NCBI GenBank assembly: GCA_964106915.2
Contig: OZ066914.1
Strand: one strand, 5' to 3'
DNA length: 64,000 nucleotides
DNA from: Podarcis gaigeae
Lineage: Eukaryota
The notes beneath the pieces are model-generated. The model ran no database searches. It saw only the letters and a list, made by a program, of their open reading frames with translations, and was not told the DNA's origin. Positions 54,786-64,000 of this stretch are shown here, piece after piece (within the stretch, counting starts at the first letter, position 1; each line of letters begins with the position of its first letter). Position numbers and translations under genes: made by a program.

Positions 54786-57700
54786 CTCCATATGGAGAGA
54801 CGACCAATGGGTGACGCAAGCAAAAATCAAGTTAGCGGAATTTTTTGAGATAAATGGGAAACAAAATACAGATATAAATGTAGTTTGGGACACAAGTAAA
54901 GCGTACATGAGGGGTCTTGGAATACAACAAATGGCAAGGCTGAAGAAGATTAAAGACAATAATATCCAAGAGCTAACTAAATGGATAAGAATTAATGAAA
55001 AAGAGTTGATCAAAAATCCAAAAAGTCATGAAATATTACAAAAAATAAAGATATTGCAATCCCATATCTCTATTATATTAAATAAGGAAGTAGAAAATAA
55101 AATTAAATGGGCAAAACAAAGGTATTTTGAGTCCGCCAATAAGCCCGGTAAGTTGTTAGCATGGATGATAAAGGAAAAGCAAACAAGAAAAGTTATAAAT
55201 AAATCTTTGGACCAAGGGGAGGAAATAACAGACCCAGTAAAAAAAAAAAAAAAAAATCCTAAACTTTTATAAAGATTTGTATAAACAAGAACATTTAGAG
55301 GTTAATAAAATGGAAGAGTATTTACAACAAAATAAATTACCAAGAATTGAAAAAGAAGAAGGTGAGGCCCTAAACTCCAATATAGAAATAGATGAAATAG
55401 CACAAGTAATAAAAAAAATGAAGAGTGGCAAATCGCCAGGTCTTGACGGAATCACATTAATGTACTATAAGAACCTGGAAGAAGTAATGCTCCCTACATT
55501 ACAAAGAATAATGAATAATATACTGGGAGGGAAAGATATACCACAACAATGGAAAGAAGCACTGATCACTCTAATTCCGAAAAAGGGAGTGGAGTTGACA
55601 GACATGAAAAATTATAGACCAATCTCCCTGTTGAACACAGACTATAAAATCTATGCTGGGGTGATGGCTAATAGATTAAAAAAGACCTTAAACAAAATAA
55701 TCAGCAGAGACCAGGCGGGCTTCTTACCGGATAGACATATAAAAGACAATACAAGAATAATAATTGATCTGTTGGAATATGTGGAAATGAAACCAAGTAA
55801 AAAGATCGCCATGTTATTGGTTGATGCAGAAAAAGCTTTTGATAGAGTATCATGGAATTTCCTATTGGCAACTTTCAAAGGTCTGGACATAGGGGAGAAA
55901 ATAATTAATGGAATTAGGGCGATATATGATAACCAAAAAAAGCAAAATTGCTAATAAATAACGAGATCACCGAAGAGTTCAGCATCGAAAGGGGGACAAG
56001 ACAGGGGTGCCCTCTCACCCCACTTCTTTTTATTGCCACCTTGGAACCACTTTTAATAGCAATAAGAAAGGATAAAAATATAAGAGGAATTAACCTAGGA
56101 ACTCGATACTACAAAATTAAAGCCTTTGCCGATGATGTAATTGTAACCACTGAAAATCCAGTGGAAAGTATCCAAAAAACACTTGCATAATTGGAAGAAT
56201 TTGGAAAGGTCTCGGGGTTCAAACTGAATAAAAGAAAATCCAAATTATTAACGAAAAATTTACGTAAGCTGGAAAAAGAGGAACTGGAAAATACAACAGG
56301 TTTAAAGGTAGCCAATAAGGTAAATTATTTGGGGGTTTGGATCACCAATAAGACTATAAACCTATATAAGGACAATTATGAGAAGAAGTGGAAGGAAATA
56401 AACAAAGAATTAGAGACTTGGGGAAAATTTAATTTGTCCCTGTGGGGGAGAATATCCACAGTTAAAATGATGGTATTGCCAAAGATGATTTTTATGTTCC
56501 AAACAATACCTATAATTAGAGGCATAAAGTGTTTTAAGGATTGGCAGAAAGACCTTGCCAAATTTATTTGGCAAGGGGAAAAACCACGCATAAAATTGAA
56601 GCTACTAACAGAGTTGAAGGAAAAAGGAGGCTTTGCGGTCCCTGACCTTAAACTGTACTTTGAGGCAGCGTGCTGGACTGGATATTAATTAAAAACACGG
56701 AAGTCCTTGATCTGGAGGGATGGGATATTGTGTACGGGTGGCATGGCTATGACAAGGTTAAATCCCACAAAGGATTTTTAAATCATATTGTGAGGGCATT
56801 ATATGAAGTATGGGAGAGGAGTAAAAAATCAGTAGTAACCAAAACACCATGGTGGCTGTCACCAATGGAATCTATGTCGGTTCACAGGATGAATATGAAC
56901 AGCGATTGGCTAACATATAAGGATTTAGTAGAGGAAACAAGTAGTGATCCGAAAATAAAGGACCTAAGTGAATTGAAACAGAAGGGAATAACCTGGCTGG
57001 AGTATTATCAATTAAAAGCTGCCCTTGAAAAGGATAAAAGAACCAAAGGATTTGACAAAAAAATATCCTATCTGGAGAATGATATTTTATATAATAATCA
57101 AAAGACACTTTCTAAAATGTACAAACTACTTTAGAATTGGCAAAGAAAGGAGGAAGATATAAAAGAAATTACAGTAAAATGGGAGAGGGACCTGGGACAC
57201 ACGATCAAACCCAATATTTGGAACGAATTATGGACTAAAAATATAAAATTCACGGCTTGTTTCCTTATAAGGGAAAATCTTATGAAAATGTACTATAGGT
57301 GGTACCTGACCCCTGTAAAACTTGCAAAAATAAATAAATCAAACAATAACAAGTGCTGGCGATGTAAGGAACAGATAGGAACATACTACCATATGTGGTG
57401 GTCCTGTCTAGAGATACAAAGATTTTGGAATATGATTTATGAAGAGAGAAAGAGATTGATAAAAACTACATTTAGCAAGAAACCGGAAGAATTTTTACTA
57501 CGAATGGTTTCAGATAATATTCCCAAAAACAAAACTAGGCTATTTATGTATGCAACGTCAGCAGCAAGGGTTATAGTGGCAAAACACTGGAAAGATAAAA
57601 ATATACCCACTAAAGAGGAATGGGTAGTCAAATTGTGCGAGTACTTGGAGCTCGCAAAGCTGACAGATGCAATAAGAGATAAACCTAAAAAGTTGGTGAA

Positions 57701-58127
57701 AGAAGAATGGGAATGTTTAAATAATTATTTCGGGGACAAGGGCTCAGCAAGAAAGATCTGGCTATGTTTAGAATGATACCACATAGAGAAATGCTCCCTG
57801 ATACCAAGATGAGGGATTCCTTTGGAATGCAGATAGAGTTAATTGATAAGAATAATGATCTGTTGTGAGCTTGACAGAAGTGTACAATTGATGAGCTTTC
57901 CTGCTTTGGCTCATCTTCCTTTTTTTCTTTTTCTTTTTTTCTTTCCTTTTTTCGCCTTTTCTTTTATATTTCCCATAGTTGCTTATGTTCTGTGTCGTGT
58001 ACTTCGATATTTTTTGTAGTTTTTGTAGTTTTTTTCATTACTATTAAGGAATTTTCCCTTTGTAATTTTTGGTTGTTTATATTTATATGTACCTGTTTAA
58101 GCAAAATAAAAGCTATTTTTTAAAAAA
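54786..58127 (+). mobile_element. 5'-truncated, degenerate L1-clade LINE (ORF2 broken by frameshifts and stops)
   Basis: ORF pieces with KSPGLDG, YRPISLLN, DAEKAFD, GTRQGCP, FADD and CWRC. T-rich 3'UTR and AATAAA. Degenerate TSD GAAAACGTTGCTTA / GAAAACATTGTTTA. Confidence 0.93.
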
Positions 58128-58609
58128 GAAAACATTGTTTAGCCACCATTCACCAGAAGCTTGGGGGGAAAGAGGCCTGTTCTGAACCACACCAGGCAGG
58201 GCAGCCCCCACCATTTCTTCCCTATGGGTGGGAGGAGACCAGCAGCTCCTATTCACTGTGAGGATGCTGTACTGGCAGAATGGAGGGTGGTGGGGTGTTT
58301 GCCGGGGAGACAAGAAGTCCAGCCTCCAAAGAATACGCCACAGCCATTGCTGCCACTGTGGTGGCAGCAGCGGGCAATGTATTCCTTGGAGGCCAGATCT
58401 GCCTCCTCTGTGGATCCTACTGCCTGAGGCAGTCGCCTCACCTTGCCTAATGGGTGGGCCAGACCTTCGTGGAGGCCTGGTTTATGTTGGGTAAGTAGCC
58501 TGATGGATATTAGGGGCAGAGGGATTTGTCTAGTTGGCACCACAATTCCACGATTGGATGCCAGGCAGTTTGGGCTACATTTGTCCTAATGTTTTTTTTC
58601 CCTCCTCAG

Positions 58610-59352
58610 CGAAGTACCCAGCCATCAAGTCTCTCATGGGGCCAGATCCCTACTTGAAATGGATAGTGACGGGGATGGTGTTCACCCAGCTTCTGGCCTG
58701 CTACCTTGTGAGAGACCTTTCTTGGAAGTGGATCTTCTTCTGGGCCTATGCTTTTGGGGGCTGCATCAACCACTCCATGACCCTGGCCATCCACGACATC
58801 TCCCACAACGTGGCCTTTGGCAACAAGCAAATCAAGTGGAACCGGTGGTTTGCCGTCTTTGCCAACTTGCCCATTGGACTCCCCTACTCGGCCTCCTTCA
58901 AGAAGTACCACATAGACCACCACCGATACCTTGGTGGAGACTTGTTGGATGTGGACATCCCCACAGACTTTGAGGGCTGGTTCTTCTGCACTCCCTTTCG
59001 GAAGATGATCTGGCTTGTCTTCCAGCCCCTTTTCTATGCCTTGAGACCACTCTACATCAACCCCAAAACAATTACCGAGATGGAAATACTTAACGCTTTG
59101 GCCCAGTTCTCTGTCGACTTGATCATCTACTACCTGTGGGGTTTGAAGCCTGTTGTTTATTTAATATCAGGGACGTTGCTTTGCATGGGCTTGCACCCTT
59201 TTTCGGGGCACTTCATAGCAGAACACTATATGTTCCTGAAAGGTTATGAAACGTATTCCTACTACGGACCCCTCAACTGGATCACCTTTAACGTGGGCTA
59301 TCATATGGAGCACCATGATTTCCCCAGCGTTCCTGGATCTAAGCTGCCAATG
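58610..59352 (+). CDS. DEGS2: DEGS2 exon 2 (743 nt; three His boxes HDISH, HIDHH, HMEHH)
   Basis: Pyrimidine tract and cag acceptor, ATG|gtaag donor. Membrane desaturase His boxes. Confidence 0.95.
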
Positions 59353-59840
59353 GTAAGCTCTAGAGTTTTTGACCCTTGCAAACAGGTTTGCCTCTCTGGG
59401 TGTTGCTGAAATACAACACCCTTCGGCCCCAAGCAAGCATGGCAGTGGCAAGGGATGATGGGAGTTGTGGTTCAGCAACATCTGGACAAGCCAAAGGTTG
59501 TGAAGCTAGTTTACATATGCAGCTTATGAAAGAAAAGTGGGTCCTGAATCCTGAAATTAGAGGTGGAGCAGTTAGGTAATTTTAGACTCCGGACTTAACG
59601 ACCTGGTAGGAAGGCATCTATTTAGACAGTAGCATGCATTAACTTCAAAATGCGATAAGCCAGCGTTGTTCTGTTTGGGAGCCTCCCGGCTCATACCTGC
59701 ACCTTAATGTCATCGCTGCTTGGGGGGATGCAGTGGGAATAATGGTATTTAAATATACAGCATAAAGTAAGTGAATGCAGATTGCTAGCCAGACACTATT
59801 TTGTAGCTGGCTTAACCCCAAGCACCAATGATACTCTAGA

Positions 59841-60067
59841 TCAGCGTTTCCCAAACTTGGGTCTCCAGCTGTTTTTGGACTACAACCCCCATCTTCCCTA
59901 GCTAGCAAAACGATTGGTCAAAGATGGTGGGATGATGATGATAGCAGCCACTTTGGGCGGCTTACAGCACATATAAAAACATAGCAAAACCTCAAACATC
60001 AAAAACTTCCCGATACAGGGCAATTGTAGTCCAAAACCATCTGGAGAACTAAGTTTGGGAAACACTA
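59841..60067. mobile_element. hAT MITE with nested L2-like tail fragment
   Basis: 8-bp TSD CTCTAGAT and TIR CAGCGTTTCCCAAACTT. Insert at about 59930-60021 matches the 8910-9240 family. Confidence 0.75.
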
Positions 60068-60146
60068 CTCTAGATGAAAATAATACCTTCTAGGCCTTAG
60101 GAAAGATGCTTTCATAGGAATCTGAGGGCAGTGAGGAGAATTATAG

Positions 60147-60293
60147 GCCTAGGACTTGCCGATTGGCAGTTCAAATCCCCATGACGGGGTGAGCTCCCAT
60201 TGCTCAGTCCCAGCTCCTGCCAACCTAGCAGTTCAAAAGCACGGCAAAAAGTGCAAGTAGATAAATAGGTACTGCTCTGGCAGGAAGGTAAAA
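60147..60293 (+). mobile_element. Sauria SINE 5' fragment
   Basis: Homologous to the 5' half of the other copies. Confidence 0.8.
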
Positions 60294-61146
60294 CAAACAC
60301 AGACCTTAGTGTGACCAATGCTTCCCCCATAAGCACAGCAAGGTGGGGTTTTTTTAGGTAGCTGGCTTTTGTTAAAAAAGGGCTACCGATCCAACGTTTG
60401 TTCAACTCATTAAATAGACTTCATGCAAATATGTGAGCACGACTGATTTTGATTCTTAACTTAGTTGGACATACACACGCACACACCCAGTTCTGTGGCA
60501 TGCAGGGAGTTCTGTGGCTTGCATTAGGTTCCCTAGACACAAAAGCTAATATCTGCAAGAAAAGCTGCTTTGGGAAAGGGGATTTTCATTGGGACCGCGA
60601 TACAGGAGGAAATAATTTTTTTAAATAAAAAAAGTAACCTGTCTTCCCCATGTGCCGTGGTCCCAGTTGACACGCACACCCCCGCCCTGATGTCTGTTTA
60701 AAAAGACACAAATCCAGGTATATAAACTGTAGTTGTGCGTTCAATTCTTTAGCTCAGAAGCTGGCCCCTTCCCTTTTCCTGCGCACATATTCCCAACAGA
60801 GCCCAGTCTTATCAGCTACTTTGTGGAATGTGGTGCGATCGGCTCCCCCCCACCCCCTCAAGCAATACAATAGGGCTTGTCATACTTTCAGGCAAGTTAT
60901 TGCCCTGGGGACAAATAAGTAACTTATTAAATGAGTGCCTTTCCGCAGTGACAAATCCAACTGGCTTGTGCAATGACAGTCGCTGCACACAAATGTAGAT
61001 AGACAAGTCGAATTCTGCCAGCCCAGTGATTTTTCTTAATTGCAGAGTTCCAGAACAAGCTTTATAACCTGTTCGAAGCCAGTAATAGCCGTATCACTGT
61101 TTCCTTGGCATGGTCTGCTTCCTGCTTGTTCCTGATGGGGCACTGA

Positions 61147-61292
61147 GATAGCTCCGTTGATAGAGCATGACACTCTTAACCTCAGGGTTGTGGTTTTGAC
61201 CCCAACATTGGGCAAAGGATTCCTGCTTTGCAGGGCCTGGACTAGTCGACCCTCATGGTTCCTTCCAACTCTACAATTCTGTGATTTTATGA
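61147..61292 (+). mobile_element. tRNA-Lys-derived SINE with CR1 3' tail
   Basis: TAGCTC..TAGAGCATGACACTCTTAACCTCAGGGT..TTGGGC head followed by CCCTTCCAACTCTACAATTCT. Related copies near 10376-10520 and 34240-34345. Confidence 0.8.
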
Positions 61293-62526
61293 AATGCAGT
61301 AATTGGGTGGCAAATGTATATCATTGACTGTTAAGGTGACAAAAGGAACGGAAGCTTCTTGTTATTGTTGTACATGGTTTTGCCTCTGTGACGCTCCATA
61401 GTTTTCAAATGTCTTACCAATGGACTTCAGAAGGGAAGGCTCTCTGTGCCAGTCCTCTGATGGATGCAGAAAGCCAGCCCCAGAGCTCTCTCCTTTGAAG
61501 TTATCGCCCGGTGTCAGGTGATGAGCAGGTAGATGGGACTTATCCAGCTTTCAAAGTTGGCCCACAAGGTGAGGGACTTGGCAGGAAGGAAGATCCAGCC
61601 CACTAGCCAGTTTGAGTTCTCTACACCTTTCCTGCTATAAAACACCCCCCTCCCTGTTTCTGCGCTATTCATTGCTCCTAATTTCACTCCTAACCAACCA
61701 TCCAAAACCGGAACGGATCCTGAATCACACTGACACTTGTGTAGCAGTGCAGAATGGGGCACCTGCGGACCTCCCCTCATCCTCCCCCATCCGTGGTCAC
61801 ACCGGCTGGGGCTGACGGGAGCTGGAGACCTCCGTAGGTTCCCCAAATTTCTAGGATTGCATCAAAGTACATGTAAGCTTATGCAGAAAGCATCTAGGAG
61901 TGTATGTGACCATCCACTGCGTCTTCTATTTGAAGGCACGCTTCTTCTGCTAAGGGATGTTCCAATCCAATGGCAGCAGCCATTGCTAGACTGACCCATG
62001 GACCTGCCTGCAACAGGGAGCTTGCCTTAGTCTGTCCGGTGCTGTCTACACTGACTGGCAGCAGCTATCCAGGTTTCCAGGCAGAGAACTCTCCCACCAC
62101 CTACCTGGAGAAGCCGGGGATCAAACCTGGGACTTTCTGATCTGCTCTCCCCACTTTCTGTCTGCTTGCTCACAGAATTAGCCATGGGGCTGGCAGGCGG
62201 TGTGCAACTGCTCCCAACTGCGGTTAGACGTGGGGCAGCCTTTCTCAACCTGGTGCCCACCAGATGTTTTGGCCTAGAACTCCCATCCTCTCTGACTCAC
62301 CCGCCATGGGCTCAGGCACACTTCAGTTTGCCCTGCTGCTTTCCTCCAGGAAAACCCATGGCTTAGCACTGAACTGAACAACAACTGGGCTTCCTGCAGA
62401 TGTTTGCTCCATTGCTATGAAGCATGGGACAAGGCGGGGGGAGTGTGGAAGACAAGGCCCATGGCAGATGGGACTGATGGAAGTTGTAGTCTGGGGCAGG
62501 CTGTCCTAGGTCTGGATCGGCAAGAA

Positions 62527-62877
62527 GGTAAAGGTAAAGGGACCTCTGACCATTAGGTCTAGTCCTGACCGACTCTGGGGTTGCAGTGCTCATCTTCCTT
62601 TATTGGCTGAGGGAGCTGGCATACAGCTTCCGGGTCATGTGGCCAGCATGACTAAGCTGCTTCTGGCGAACCAGAGCAGCGCACGGAAACGCCGTTTACC
62701 TTCCCGCCGGAGCCGTACCTATTTATCTACTTGCACTTTGACTTGCTTTCGAACTGCTAGGTTGGCAGAAGCAGGGACCGAGCAACAGGAGCTCACCCCG
62801 TTACGGGGATTCAAACTGCCGACCTTCTGATCAGCAAGTGCTAGGCTCTGTGGTTTAACCCACAGCGCCACCCACGT
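62527..62877 (-). mobile_element. Sauria SINE (full length)
   Basis: TSD TC(T/C)GGATCGGCAAGAA at 62511-62526 and 62878-62893. Confidence 0.92.
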
Positions 62878-63988
62878 TCCGGATCGGCAAGAAAACACAG
62901 TACAAATCCAGCAAGCTGCATTATGTCCTACCTGGACAGTCACAGATTCCTGCAACTTTGGCTTACATTTTAACTTGGAAGCTGTCAAGTGAAGGTCAAA
63001 AATCTGTGCTGGGACTGGGAAAGACAGAAACAATGGAGCTTTTTTAAAAAAGCGTTTTATTTTTTTCTTAGCACATCTTAAAACTGGTAGGGTTTCTGCC
63101 ACCCAACAGGCCTTCAAGCTGCCAGCTGGCTATTCCCAGTCTAGAAAACAGAATTAATCATCTAAATCATCTGCCCCGGTTCTGTCAAATGAATGCTCAG
63201 GTTAGGTTGCAATGCTGCCATGGCGTGAGGGAGATTCTGGCTCTGCCACATTCAGAGCCCTGCTAGCTCCTCGAGGCCAAAGGATGAGGGATCCAACAGG
63301 ACTTTTTCCTTCCCTCTTCCCTTCTCCCCTCGAACGACTGCAATGGGATTTGAATTCCAAGGTGTATGAACCATGAAAAATCTCTTCGCTCTCAAAAGTA
63401 ATCTGGGTCGCTTTCATTTGTTCATTGGGTTTACTCTTGGCATAAATTCTATTAGCCTGCATTCAGACAGCACTCTATTCCTTTTCTGGACGTTTTCTTA
63501 CACGGCAATTTAAACATTTTTATATCACCTGTCATGCCACGTAAAAGCCACTGCAGAAATTTAGCACACATTTCCACGTTAACTGCTTCCGGGGGGGGGG
63601 GGGGGAGCACCTTGCAAGCCTGCTAACTCAGAAAAACACAGGAGTTTTGTGTTCGCTTTGCATGTGTCAAAATTCAAGGGTGGGGTGTTTTTTGGTATGC
63701 AGTTCTTTCCTGTCATTTCAATGGGTAGATCATGGGAGAACAGAAGTGCGCACGTGCATAAAGGGTGGCAACACATCCACGAGTGTCAGCTGTTGTGTCA
63801 CACCACACTCACTGGTGTGAATGAAATTTAGGGTGACACGGCGCTCTTGGTCAAAGGCCAGAGTTTCATAACACAGCAGGTACTGCCACTTTAAAGCAGC
63901 ATTAGAAACCTCGTGTCCAAATGCATTCTAAGATAGATGTTTCACAGATAAAAGAACAGTGGGTAAAAATTTTCTTTTGCTCTTGCAG

Positions 63989-64000
63989 GTAAAGAAGATA
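63989..64000 (+). CDS. DEGS2: DEGS2 exon 3 start (VKKI..., truncated by window end)
   Basis: Strong pyrimidine tract and cag at 63986-63988, phase 0. Continues ...GSKLPM|VKKI as expected for DEGS. Confidence 0.8.

Noticed and set aside
58534-59409. Single-exon 291-aa desaturase or DEGS1 assignment
   Set aside because: The ORF reads through splice sites. The true exon is 58610-59352, and synteny with YY1 and SLC25A29 indicates DEGS2.
61147-61215. tRNA-Lys gene
   Set aside because: Degenerate boxes and stems, fused to a CR1 tail, so it is a SINE head.

Overview
Vertebrate genomic DNA from a squamate reptile, probably a lacertid lizard (inferred from the repeat content: Sauria SINEs, Bov-B, a tRNA-Lys/CR1 SINE, L1, Rex1 and Penelope-like elements). 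The window is the conserved SLC25A29-YY1-DEGS2 block. SLC25A29 lies on + (coding exons 2-4; exon 1 is upstream of the window). YY1 lies on - (all 5 exons, with N-gaps in exon 1 and the 3'UTR). DEGS2 lies on + (exons 1-2 and the first 12 nt of exon 3). The most notable observation is that SLC25A29 carries two unrelated Penelope-like fold-back insertions, each with a minimal hammerhead ribozyme core. One is sense-oriented in intron 1. The other is a perfect 98-bp inverted repeat in (TA)n, about 240 nt after the stop codon, with a hammerhead core on both strands. Other points: a candidate 35-nt poison exon in SLC25A29, a cluster of YY1 autoregulatory sites in YY1 intron 1, a young L1 with an open ORF2 and a perfect 17-bp TSD, and nested TEs with a verifiable empty site. 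Repeat family names come from recall of consensus features, not database searches. Repeat boundaries without TSDs are approximate.
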